Assembly: GCA_965226475.1 (NCBI GenBank)
Contig: CBDDDJ010000004.1
Span: forward strand, 1,821,963-1,885,962
Reading direction: 5' to 3'
DNA length: 64,000 nt
DNA from: Alphaproteobacteria bacterium
GTDB taxonomy: Bacteria; Pseudomonadota; Alphaproteobacteria; GCA-2731375
Shown here: positions 19,910-28,361 of the stretch, piece by piece
Numbering within the stretch: the first letter of the stretch is position 1
Layout: the number at the start of each line of letters is the position of its first letter
Notes under the pieces: model-generated
Seen by the model: the letters and a program-made list of their open reading frames with translations, nothing else
What the model was told of the DNA's origin: nothing
Database searches by the model: none
Made by a program: the position numbers and the translations under genes

Positions 19910-20317
19910 TCAGGGCCGGAAGAGCGGGATCAACGCGTCGTAGACCGCGCCCACCGTGGCGGGCTTGGGGACGAAGCCGTCGGTCCGCGCCAGCCCCGCG
20001 ATCTGCTTCGCGGGCGGTTCGGCGTTGGAGGCGGTGATCACCAGGATCGGCAGTTCGCTGATTCGCGTATCGTCGCTGTCGCGGACCGATTGGGCGAGCT
20101 CGTGGCCGCTCATCTCCGGCATCACCAGGTCGGTCACCAGAACGTCGAAGCGCCCGGGCGCCTCGCGCAGCAGAGCCAGTGCCTCGGCGCCGTTCCGCGC
20201 AACAGTGACTTGGCGGAAACCGACGACGCTCAGGATCCGCTCCACCATCTTGGCGGAGAAATCAGAATCCTCGACCACGAGTGCTTCCTTCGCGCTGAAG
20301 GCGGACACGTCCCGCAT
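19910..20317 (-). CDS. Single-domain response regulator (CheY-like receiver)
   Basis: 135 aa, EALVVEDSDFSAKMVERIL...FDVLVTDLVMPEMSGHELA...LPILVITAS...KPATV. Confidence 0.75.
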   Translation of the reverse strand: MRDVSAFSAKEALVVEDSDFSAKMVERILSVVGFRQVTVARNGAEALALLREAPGRFDVLVTDLVMPEMSGHELAQSVRDSDDTRISELPILVITASNAEPPAKQIAGLARTDGFVPKPATVGAVYDALIPLFRP

Positions 20318-20661
20318 GGCCTCTGAAGCCTTTCGGGTTTGGTCCGGGCGGACGCGTGATCCTAGAACATTTTTCGCCTACGCGGATATCGTCGCGCCAT
20401 CGGTCCCGCCGAACCAACCGTCCCGAGGAAGCGGGAGGCCAAAGCCGCGCGAACATGGTCCGGCATGGGACGCGGCGGGAATGCCGAACGTTCCATGTCG
20501 CGGATTGGATCGGCTGCGGATCGGTCGCGGCGCCACGGATATTCACCGAAGGGTGAAAGTGACTCTGGACATGACGGTAACCCGTATTTGGAATGGGGAG
20601 CAAAAGAAATATCAGATACTACTTCTGATCAAATTCAATTTCGATTATTTTCGGTTAATTC

Positions 20662-20689
20662 TTGACAAAGGTCGAGATCAAGCTATTTC
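20662..20689 (+). promoter_or_regulatory. Candidate sigma-70-type promoter in an AT-rich island upstream of small-protein paralogue A
   Basis: TTGACA at 20662-20667, a 16-nt spacer, then TATTTC at 20684-20689. Local GC is about 40% in a roughly 67% GC genome. Confidence 0.3.
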
Positions 20690-20744
20690 CCCATGCGGCA
20701 TCGAATGGTGATGTTGTTTGACACTGGGACTGTTGGTGACCGAC

Positions 20745-21026
20745 ATGGCTGCAAGTAAGGCGATCGACGAAAACACACTTACGCGCATGGAGATAAGAAA
20801 ACTCAATGCGTTGAAAAGATCGGTTGGTGATGAAATTGCGAATCGCATGTTCGCCGAATGGTTGGCGAATAAGCCGGGTCCTTCGTCGATCCAGGTCGAC
20901 CGAAACGCCGAAATGATCGGGCAAGCGTTACAGGGCTTGATCGACGCCGGAAAACTATCGATTCCCCGGGGCGGCTATCTGTTGCGCCGCGGTCGCGGAC
21001 GAGTGATCATCGAACGGCCGGCGTAG
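20745..21026 (+). CDS. Small conserved protein of unknown function (about 93 aa), paralogue A
   Basis: MAASKAIDENTLTRMEIRKLNALKRSVGDEIANRMFAEWLANKPGP...LIDAGKLSIPRGGYLLRRGRGRVIIE. It shares the motifs MEIRKLNAL, EW, LID.G and PRGGY..RRGRGRV with 38951-39238. Confidence 0.55.
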   Translation: MAASKAIDENTLTRMEIRKLNALKRSVGDEIANRMFAEWLANKPGPSSIQVDRNAEMIGQALQGLIDAGKLSIPRGGYLLRRGRGRVIIERPA

Positions 21027-21167
21027 GCCCGACGGGACACGGCGTCCCAGAAGGTTACGGCGAGCCGCGATGGGTTCCGCTTATTGCGGTTTTGCATATT
21101 AGGTCGAGCCAGGAATAACGAAGGGTTGGCGCTGCGCCCACGCGGGGCCGCGACAGCTTTGGCGTGC

Positions 21168-21902
21168 TCAGTGTTCCGCTTTCATGCTGGCCTTGCGTTC
21201 GTACATTTCCCGGTCCGCCGCCGCCAGCGTGTCCGTCACGGATTCGCCGCCCTGGAAGGTGGTGATGCCGTAGGCCAGCCGAAGGGGCAGCTGCGTCCCC
21301 TCCCAGGAAACAGGTTCGTTCTCGATCGCCTCGCCCAATTGGACCGCCTTTTCGCGCGCGCCCTGCCTATCCGTTTGCGAGAGAATGACGCCAAATTCGT
21401 CCCCGCCGAGACGCCCCACGACATCCGATTCCCGAACCCGTTCCAGCAGTATGCTCGCGACATGCAACAACGCCTTGTCGCCCGCGGCATGCCCGTAATT
21501 ATCGTTGATCGACTTGAAACCGTTGACGTCGAAATAGATCAGGCTCGAGGGAGTCTGATACCTTTCGGCAAAAGAAATGGCGCGGGTCAGTTCGCGAACG
21601 AAGGCGCGCCGGTTGGCGATCGGCGCCAACGTGTCGAGATCGGCGAGTTTCTCCATCTGGTTCAGGCGTTCGTGCGTGCGGTCCAGTTCACGCCGCAGCG
21701 TTTTCACCTCCTGCATCAAGACCATGATCGCCTCGCGCACCTTGGGCGTTAGTTCCGCCTCCGGAACGCCCAGGATGGTCGCGCTGTCCGCTGGCGCGCG
21801 CGTGGTCGACGCCTCGGTGGATTGATAGGCCCGCGCGGCGTCCCGGCTGCCGACGCGGGTCTGCGCGGGCCTACCGACAGGTTTGTTGTCGCCGATTTTC
21901 AT
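21168..21902 (-). CDS. GGDEF-domain diguanylate cyclase with an N-terminal coiled-coil
   Basis: MKIGDNKPVG... ...YFDVNGFKSINDNYGHAAGDKALLHV...RLGGDEFGVIL... The longer 335-aa ORF has an implausible N-terminal extension. Confidence 0.8.
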   Translation of the reverse strand: MKIGDNKPVGRPAQTRVGSRDAARAYQSTEASTTRAPADSATILGVPEAELTPKVREAIMVLMQEVKTLRRELDRTHERLNQMEKLADLDTLAPIANRRAFVRELTRAISFAERYQTPSSLIYFDVNGFKSINDNYGHAAGDKALLHVASILLERVRESDVVGRLGGDEFGVILSQTDRQGAREKAVQLGEAIENEPVSWEGTQLPLRLAYGITTFQGGESVTDTLAAADREMYERKASMKAEH

Positions 21903-22041
21903 TGCGTGCCTACCCAAACGACCCCAAACCAACAAGGCGCAAAAGGCCTCTCGCGGGTGACCGAACTTCGGGATTCGTGCCGCGGCACCGGCACCCGGAC
22001 CAGTGACGCAGGAAAAGATTACCAAAACTTCTAGAATCGTT

Positions 22042-22056
22042 GAACGAGAATCGCGG
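22042..22056. repeat. Left copy of a perfect 15-bp direct repeat (gaacgagaatcgcgg) flanking the IS element. It is a probable target-site duplication
   Basis: It is identical to 23463-23477 and is flush with both inverted-repeat ends. Confidence 0.7.
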
Positions 22057-22071
22057 TGTCGAGAACATTTC

Positions 22072-22110
22072 GAATTGACCGCTTTATGTACCATATGAAT
22101 TGACCGCTTT
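22072..22110. repeat. Two subterminal direct repeats GAATTGACCGCTTT inside the left IR region
   Basis: The copies are at 22072-22085 and 22097-22110. Confidence 0.6.
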
Positions 22111-22126
22111 TGTTGTGGTTGTTGGG

Positions 22127-22178
22127 CCTGTGGATAAGTGGGGAACCCGCCGTGGCGGGTTGTCCACTTATCCACAGG
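22127..22178. repeat. 52-bp near-perfect palindrome inside the IS, downstream of the transposase stop
   Basis: The arms are cctgtggataagtggggaacccgcc and its reverse complement, matching at 23 of 25 positions. The centre is aacccgcc-gt-ggcgggtt. Confidence 0.7.
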
Positions 22179-22199
22179 CCGGGCGCGCGTCGAAGCGGT

Positions 22200-23381
22200 T
22201 CACTTGGCCGCTCTGCTGTTCTTGGTTTCGTCGAGGACGGTGCCGTCGGCCTGATATCGGGCCAGCCGGCGCGGGCCGTGGAAGACCGCCAGGGTGCCGC
22301 CGGAGTATTCGTGGACCCGCACCGATGCCTTGACGTAATGGCGGCGGTGGCGATCCTCCGGGATCTGCAGCACCAGCCGCTTGTAGCGCACCGTGTTGTC
22401 GTTGCCGACGATCCGGTCCTCCTGGATGCACAGGATGTCGTCGAGCGATCCGGTGAAGGGGACAAAGGCCGAGCCCTCGGCTTCGGCCGGCACCGCGAAA
22501 CGGGCGTTGTGGCGGGGCAGATAAATCTCGCGCAGGAACGCGTTGGCCTCGGCCATCGTGGTGATGGCGGCCAAGCGCAGTTCCTGCGGCAGGCGATTCT
22601 GCAATGTCGCGAACATGCGCTCCGAGCGCCCCCGGGCCTCGGGGGAGTAGGCCGGGATCAGTTCGATGCCCAGCTGGCCCAGGGCTCGGCCCACCTGGGT
22701 CGGGTTGTTCTTGTCCACCTTGCCGCCGGCCTCGGGCGTGTGCCAGTAGTGCGAGGCCCGGTCGGCGTAGAGCGAGCAGAACAGCCCCCGGACCTCGATC
22801 ACCTCGCCCAGGGCCCGGAAGCTGCTCATGGTCCCCTCTTCGTCGACGAAGAAGGCCGAGTAGATCTCGCTGGTTGCGTCATCCATGGTGACGATCAGGT
22901 CCCACCACTGCCCGGGAACCCATTGGTGGGTCGAGCCGTCCTGGTGCAGCATCATGGCGGGCAGGGCGCGGCGCGGCCGCTTGCGCCGGTGCGCGCCTCG
23001 CCGCGGTGCCGGACGTTTGCGCCCGTGGGCCTGGAGCGTCAGGCGGACCCAGTTGTAGCTCCGCGTGAAGCCGTGCTCATCGAGCAGCTTCTCGTGGAAG
23101 TGCTTGGCCGTGAAGTCCCAGTAGCGCGTGTCGAACAACTCCAGAACCTCCATCACCGTGTCCACCGGCACCCGGTGCCCCGAGACCTTGCCCAGCCGGC
23201 GGTCATACAGACCCTCCGCGCCTTCCGCCTCAAAGCGACCCCGCCAGCGCCGGAACGTTCGCTCGCTCATCCCCAGGATCGACGCCGCCTCCGACTGGCT
23301 CAGTCGCCGCCGCTTCGCGCGCTCCAGAATCTCCTCGAACTTCATCTGCCGTAGTCCTTGCAACACCTCGGCCCGCTTCAT
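22200..23381 (-). CDS. DDE transposase of the ISNCY-family-like / IS481-like type
   Basis: 393 aa. It has an N-terminal HTH (SQSEAASILGMSERTFRRWRGRF) and a catalytic region (MLHQDGSTHQWVPGQWWDLIVTMDDATSEIYSAFFVDEEGTMSSFRALGEVIEVRGLFCSLYADRASHYW). Confidence 0.8.
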   Translation of the reverse strand: MKRAEVLQGLRQMKFEEILERAKRRRLSQSEAASILGMSERTFRRWRGRFEAEGAEGLYDRRLGKVSGHRVPVDTVMEVLELFDTRYWDFTAKHFHEKLLDEHGFTRSYNWVRLTLQAHGRKRPAPRRGAHRRKRPRRALPAMMLHQDGSTHQWVPGQWWDLIVTMDDATSEIYSAFFVDEEGTMSSFRALGEVIEVRGLFCSLYADRASHYWHTPEAGGKVDKNNPTQVGRALGQLGIELIPAYSPEARGRSERMFATLQNRLPQELRLAAITTMAEANAFLREIYLPRHNARFAVPAEAEGSAFVPFTGSLDDILCIQEDRIVGNDNTVRYKRLVLQIPEDRHRRHYVKASVRVHEYSGGTLAVFHGPRRLARYQADGTVLDETKNSRAAK

Positions 23382-23462
23382 CGCCGCCCTCCTCGAAGGC
23401 GACGTTCTAAACCGGACAGATCACATGGTACCTACGGCGGTCATATCGTGTGTTAGCGACAC

Positions 23463-23477
23463 GAACGAGAATCGCGG
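23463..23477. repeat. Right copy of the 15-bp direct repeat
   Basis: It is identical to 22042-22056. Confidence 0.7.
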
Positions 23478-23532
23478 GTGCCGGCTCGTCGATGTTCCTC
23501 TATAGTCGCCGGCCAGATTTCGGGAGGAGGGC

Positions 23533-24030
23533 ATGGAGAGTTCGACACCCCTGGTCGGCGTCATCATGGGCAGCCGCTCGGACTGGGAGTGCATGCGGCG
23601 CGCCTCCGAGGTGCTGGAGGAGCTTGGCGTGGCGCACGAATGCCGCGTGGTTTCGGCCCACCGGACGCCCGACCGTCTTTTCGACTACGCCAAGACGGCC
23701 GCCGGGCGGGGGCTTCGCGCTATTATCGCCGGCGCCGGCGGTGCCGCGCATCTTCCCGGCATGACCGCCTCGATGACGTCGCTCCCGGTGCTGGGCGTCC
23801 CGGTCGAAAGCCAGGCGCTCTCGGGCCTCGACAGTTTGCTGTCGATCGTGCAGATGCCGGCCGGCATTCCCGTCGCCACGCTCGCCATCGGGCCGGCGGG
23901 CGCCACCAACGCGGGCCTGCTCGCGGCCCAGATCGTCGCCCTGGAGGATTCGGCGGTGGCCTTCGCGCTCGCCGCCTGGCGCCAGCGGCTGACCGATCGG
24001 GTCCCGTTCTCCCCCGTCGACGCGGATTGA
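23533..24030 (+). CDS. purE: N5-carboxyaminoimidazole ribonucleotide mutase
   Basis: [47 protein letters not shown]...[14 protein letters not shown]. Confidence 0.9.
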   Translation: MESSTPLVGVIMGSRSDWECMRRASEVLEELGVAHECRVVSAHRTPDRLFDYAKTAAGRGLRAIIAGAGGAAHLPGMTASMTSLPVLGVPVESQALSGLDSLLSIVQMPAGIPVATLAIGPAGATNAGLLAAQIVALEDSAVAFALAAWRQRLTDRVPFSPVDAD

Positions 24031-24037
24031 GCCTTCG

Positions 24038-25102
24038 ATGACGTCGTTTGACACCACTCTCGGTATTCTGGGCGGCGGGCAGCTCGGCCGCATGCTGGCG
24101 CTCGCCGCCGCAAATCTGGGCGTGCGAACCCATGTTTTCGATCCCGCGGCGGGGGGACCGGCGGCACAGGTCGCGGCCGGCGAGACCGTCGCGGACTACG
24201 GAGACGCGTCCGCTCTCGATGCCTTTGCCGCCGCTGTCGACGTGGCCACCTACGAGTTCGAGAACGTGCCGGTGGCGACGGTCCGCCGGCTGGCCGAACG
24301 GGTGCCGGTCCGCCCGGGCGCGGATGCCCTGGCGACGGCGCAGGACCGACTGGTCGAGAAGCGCTTCATCACCGCTTCGGGGATCGGGACGGCGCCCTTC
24401 GAAGCCGTGGATGATCCAGCCGGCCTCGCCCGCGCTCTCGACCGGCTGGGGGTCCCGGCGATCCTCAAGACCCGCCGCTTCGGCTACGACGGCAAGGGTC
24501 AGGCGCGGATCGACGATCCCGCCGGGGCCGAGGCGGCCTGGCGGGCGCTCGGCGAAGCGCCGGCGATCCTCGAGGGCCTCGTTTCCTTCGTACGGGAGAT
24601 CTCGATGATCGCGGCGCGCGATCGCGCCGGCGCCGTCGCCTGTTGGGATCCGATCGAGAACGTGCATCGCGATCACATCCTCCACAGCTCCACGGCGCCG
24701 GCCGAAATACCGCCCAAGCTGGCGGCGCGAGCAGGCGAGATCGCCTCCGGCCTGCTGGCGGGGCTCGACTATGTCGGCGTGATGGGGATCGAGCTTTTCC
24801 TTCTGGCGGACGGCACCCTGCTGGCGAACGAAATCGCCCCCCGGGTGCACAACTCCGGCCACTGGACGATCGAGGGCGCGGAGACCTCCCAGTTCGAGCA
24901 GCACGTCCGCGCCGTGCTCGGCCTGCCGCTGGGCCCCACGACCAGCCTCGGCGTCGCGGTGATGACCAACCTGATCGGCGACGACGTCAACGCCTGGCGC
25001 GGTCTGCTGGCCGAGCCCGGCGCGCATCTCCACCTCTACGGCAAGGCGGAGGTCCGCCCCGGCCGCAAGATGGGCCACGTCACCCGGATTCGGCGCCGCT
25101 GA
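24038..25102 (+). CDS. purK: N5-carboxyaminoimidazole ribonucleotide synthase
   Basis: LGILGGGQLGRML..., then ...PAILKTRRFGYDGKGQ..., then ...HNSGHWTIEGAETSQFEQHVRAVLGLPLG. It is adjacent to and co-oriented with purE. Confidence 0.9.
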   Translation: MTSFDTTLGILGGGQLGRMLALAAANLGVRTHVFDPAAGGPAAQVAAGETVADYGDASALDAFAAAVDVATYEFENVPVATVRRLAERVPVRPGADALATAQDRLVEKRFITASGIGTAPFEAVDDPAGLARALDRLGVPAILKTRRFGYDGKGQARIDDPAGAEAAWRALGEAPAILEGLVSFVREISMIAARDRAGAVACWDPIENVHRDHILHSSTAPAEIPPKLAARAGEIASGLLAGLDYVGVMGIELFLLADGTLLANEIAPRVHNSGHWTIEGAETSQFEQHVRAVLGLPLGPTTSLGVAVMTNLIGDDVNAWRGLLAEPGAHLHLYGKAEVRPGRKMGHVTRIRRR

Positions 25103-25108
25103 CGCGCG

Positions 25109-25903
25109 TCATCTCGCCGTCCAGCCGCCGTCGATCAGCAGGCTGGTGCCGGTGATCATGGCGGCGGCGGGCGAGGCGAGGAAGACGATCGCGCCCATCA
25201 GATCCTCGGTCTTGCCGAGGCGGCCGAGCGCGATGCGGTCCAACACGTCGCGGCGGAACTCCGGTTGGGCCAGCATCGGCCGCGCCAAGGGCGTTTCGAA
25301 GAAGGTCGGACCGACCGAATTGACCCGAATGCCGGTTTCCGCCAGCTCCAGCGCCAGGGCCTTGGTCATGCCCTCGAGGCCGTGCTTGGTGGTGCAGTAG
25401 ACAACCCGGATGGGCGCGCCGACATGGCCCATTTGCGAGCTCATGTTGATGATGGCACCGCCGCGCTTCCGCCGGTCGGGGCTTTGCAACATGCGTTCGA
25501 CCGAGAAGCGGGCCACCATCAGGCAGGCGCGGATATTGAGGTCGAGCATCTGGTCCAAGCGCTCCACCGGCAGCTCCAAGAACGGCATGGGGAAATTGAC
25601 GCCGGCGTTGTTGACCACGATGTCGAGGGCGTCGAGCCCCCGGATCGCCGCCTCCAGCCGGGCCGTATCGGTGACGTCGCAGACCACGACCGTGGCCTCG
25701 CGGCCCTCGCGCCGTACCCGCTCGGCGACGATCTCCAGCTCGCTCTCCGTCCGGCTCATCAGCACGACGTCGGCACCCGCCTCGGCCAGCGCGATCGCCG
25801 CGCCGGCGCCGAGGCCCCGGCCCGCGCCGGTCACCAAGGCACTCCGCCCGTCGAGCCCGAAGCTCGGCGTCCGGACCGTCTCGATCTCGTGTTTGTCGCT
25901 CAT
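25109..25903 (-). CDS. SDR-family oxidoreductase
   Basis: MSDKHEIE...LDGRSALVTGAGRGLGAGAAIALAEAGADVV...NNAGV...YCTTKHGLEG... Confidence 0.8.
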   Translation of the reverse strand: MSDKHEIETVRTPSFGLDGRSALVTGAGRGLGAGAAIALAEAGADVVLMSRTESELEIVAERVRREGREATVVVCDVTDTARLEAAIRGLDALDIVVNNAGVNFPMPFLELPVERLDQMLDLNIRACLMVARFSVERMLQSPDRRKRGGAIINMSSQMGHVGAPIRVVYCTTKHGLEGMTKALALELAETGIRVNSVGPTFFETPLARPMLAQPEFRRDVLDRIALGRLGKTEDLMGAIVFLASPAAAMITGTSLLIDGGWTAR

Positions 25904-26290
25904 CGACTTGCTTCCCTTCCCCGATTTGTCGGTCGGAACGTCGTCCTCGGCGGCGCCGACCCGAGCGAGCGCGAACGAATTCCCGCCACCGTTCCAACGT
26001 GGGCTCGCCCCACCGGGTGGCGACCCTGGCCGCCTCTCCGGGAAGCCCGTCGATTTGGAAACCACCGGCCGATTCGGAACGCCCGCCGCTTCCACCCATT
26101 CGGCGCAACCCGATCGATGCGCCACGCGAACCACGCGCCATATTGGAAACCAACGGCGGCGTTTCCCAGCATGTCGTTCCTGAATATCAAGCCCGACATT
26201 GCCAGATAGCGCCACCACTTACCAGTCGGGCCGCGACGTGTTATCAGCGCCCGGCCCGCCCATGCATCCCCCATCCCGGAGGTCACGCCG

Positions 26291-27385
26291 GTGCTGATTC
26301 AAGCCAATCCGCTCACCCGTCTGGTCGATGCCGTTTTCCAACGCCGGGGTTGCCCGGAAGACGAGGCCGGCCGCATTGCCACCTTCCTGGTTGGCGCCAA
26401 CCTCGCCGGACACGACAGCCATGGGGTGATCCGGGTGCCGCGCTATGTGCAGTACATCGACGACGGCAAGATCACGCCGAGTGGCGACATCAAAGTGGTC
26501 ACGCGCTCGGAGTCCTTCGTCCTGGTTGACGGTTGCTTCGGTTTCGGCCAGACGGTCGGGCCCAAGGCGGCCCGCCTCGGCATGGAAATGGCGTTAGAGA
26601 AGGGCGTCGGCGTGGTGGCGCTGCGCAACGCCGGCCACCTCGGCCGGATCGGCGACTATCCGCTGCACGCGGCCGTCGAGGGCCTGGTCTCGGTGCATTT
26701 CGTCAACGTCGCCGGCAGCTGCCTGGTGGCCCCCTTCGGCGGCATCGAGAGGCGGTTTTCCACCGCCCCCTTCGCGGTCGGCGTGCCCTCCGCCGACGGG
26801 CCGCCGATCATCCTCGATTTCGCCACCTCCGTCGTCGCCGAGGGCAAGGCGCTGGTGGCCTACAACGGCGGCAAGGCGTTGCCCGGGAACAGCCTGGTCG
26901 GACCCGAGGGTGAGATCTCGGGCGATCCGCTGCTGCTCTATGGCGCCGACGCCAGCGGCGGGGCACCGAGCTCCCGCAACGGTCCGGGCGCGCTTCGCGC
27001 CATGGGCGATCACAAGGGCTCGGGCCTGGCCCTCATGTGCGAGCTGCTGGCCGGCGCCTTCACCGGCTCGGGCTGCTCCGGGCCGGAGCCGCGCCAGGTT
27101 GCCAATGGCATGCTGTCCTTCTATCTCTCGGTCCAGGCCTTCGACGACGGCCACGGCGTCGGCGCCATGGTCCGCGACTATGTCGCGTTCGTGAAGAGCA
27201 GCCGGCCGGTGGATGCGGGCGGCGAAGTCCTGGTCCCGGGTGAGCCGGAGCGGCGGCGCGAAGCGGAACGCCGGCGCGACGGCATCCCGCTCACCGATGC
27301 CGCCTGGGCGGCAATCCTGGAGACGGCGCGTGGTGTTGGCATCGAGCAACCCGAGATCGACAGCATCCTCGGCGCGAACGCATAG
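26291..27385 (+). CDS. Ldh_2-family (malate/L-lactate dehydrogenase-like) NAD(P)H-dependent oxidoreductase
   Basis: 364 aa, ...GANLAGHDSHGVIRVPRYVQYI..., ...GHLGRIGDYPLHAA..., ...MGDHKGSGLALMCELLAG. Confidence 0.8.
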   Translation: MLIQANPLTRLVDAVFQRRGCPEDEAGRIATFLVGANLAGHDSHGVIRVPRYVQYIDDGKITPSGDIKVVTRSESFVLVDGCFGFGQTVGPKAARLGMEMALEKGVGVVALRNAGHLGRIGDYPLHAAVEGLVSVHFVNVAGSCLVAPFGGIERRFSTAPFAVGVPSADGPPIILDFATSVVAEGKALVAYNGGKALPGNSLVGPEGEISGDPLLLYGADASGGAPSSRNGPGALRAMGDHKGSGLALMCELLAGAFTGSGCSGPEPRQVANGMLSFYLSVQAFDDGHGVGAMVRDYVAFVKSSRPVDAGGEVLVPGEPERRREAERRRDGIPLTDAAWAAILETARGVGIEQPEIDSILGANA

Positions 27386-27448
27386 ATCAAACTGGCGATG
27401 AGATCGACTCATCGACCTTTATTGGCGCTTCTCGGACCGGCCCCGATG

Positions 27449-28207
27449 CTATGCGGCCAGCCGCTGGCCCAGCGCTTTCAACAGAGCCGCGCCATCTCCC
27501 CGCCACGCCGCCCCTTGCATGCAGGCCATGGTATTCGGCTCGAGAGCGGCGAGTTTATCGATCAGCGCCGCACAGTTTCTGGTGTGGGAATAGTAATCAA
27601 ATGCCGAGCGTGCCTGTTCGCTGGGCTCCAGAATATCAGCTTCGGTGACAGGTTGATGCTTGGCACCGAATTGCGTGAAAAGATCACCACAGAACAGCGT
27701 CCGGGTATCCCGTTCAAAAAGGTGCCCACATTCCCAACCGTGCGGCAGATGAGGTGTCGCAATCCAGGTGACGCCATGACGGCCGAGTTCGACGGTCTCG
27801 CCGTCGGCCATCGCGCGTGGCGGCCGGTCTGCCATATCGCCGACGGAGACCATGGCGGCGATTTCACCACAAAGCGGCTCGGCATTGGGCGCCCTTTCCA
27901 AAAATTCGTTGAGGGCGCCGCATTCATCGGCTTCGACGTGGGAAAAAGCGATATAGCGAAGACTGTCGACCGGGATCACCGATGCGATCGCCTGACAGGT
28001 GAGCGGAAACATCTGCCGCAGGCCCGTGTGATAGAGAAGCGGGCTGTCGTCGACAATGAGATATTGGTTGAACGTAAAACCCAGTGGCATCTGATCGCTC
28101 GGCGGCACCGGCGTGCTGATTCGATGAATGCCATCGGCGATTTCGTCGATGGTCGTACCGGTTTCCTGGTTTACGACCACCATGGTTTGCCTCCCAATAC
28201 GATCCAT
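27449..28207 (-). CDS. MBL-fold metallo-hydrolase
   Basis: 252 aa, ...YIAFSHVEADECGALNEF..., ...HLPHGWECGHLFERDTRTLFCGDLF. Confidence 0.75.
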   Translation of the reverse strand: MDRIGRQTMVVVNQETGTTIDEIADGIHRISTPVPPSDQMPLGFTFNQYLIVDDSPLLYHTGLRQMFPLTCQAIASVIPVDSLRYIAFSHVEADECGALNEFLERAPNAEPLCGEIAAMVSVGDMADRPPRAMADGETVELGRHGVTWIATPHLPHGWECGHLFERDTRTLFCGDLFTQFGAKHQPVTEADILEPSEQARSAFDYYSHTRNCAALIDKLAALEPNTMACMQGAAWRGDGAALLKALGQRLAA

Positions 28208-28361
28208 TCGCGATCAGAGCATAGATCATGCGCCGCGACCATTTGAGCATGATCGCGCGTGATTATCGAGTGTGGGTCGTGGCGATAAGCGACCGGACCA
28301 TCGGCTGGTCGATTGCGCGCGTCTCTCGGTGCGCCCCGCGTGCCGTCGCAAGAGTTACCGC

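Larger units (their letters stand above)
22057..23462. mobile_element. ISNCY/IS481-like insertion sequence of about 1.4 kb, with imperfect terminal inverted repeats of about 42 bp beginning TGTCG
   Basis: The left IR is tgtcgagaacatttcgaattgaccgctttatgtaccatatga. The reverse complement of the right end is gtgtcgctaacacacgatatgaccgccgtaggtaccatgtga, giving about 30 of 42 identities with blocks TGTCG, TGACCGC, GTACCAT and TGA. The element encloses the 393-aa DDE transposase. It is flanked by 15-bp direct repeats. Confidence 0.7.

Noticed and set aside
21027-21167. Possible bidirectional terminator between paralogue A and the GGDEF gene (gggacACGGCgtccc, and ccgcTTATTgcggTTTT)
   Set aside because: The stems are only 4-5 bp and the U-tract is adequate on one strand only. 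This is too weak to list as a feature.
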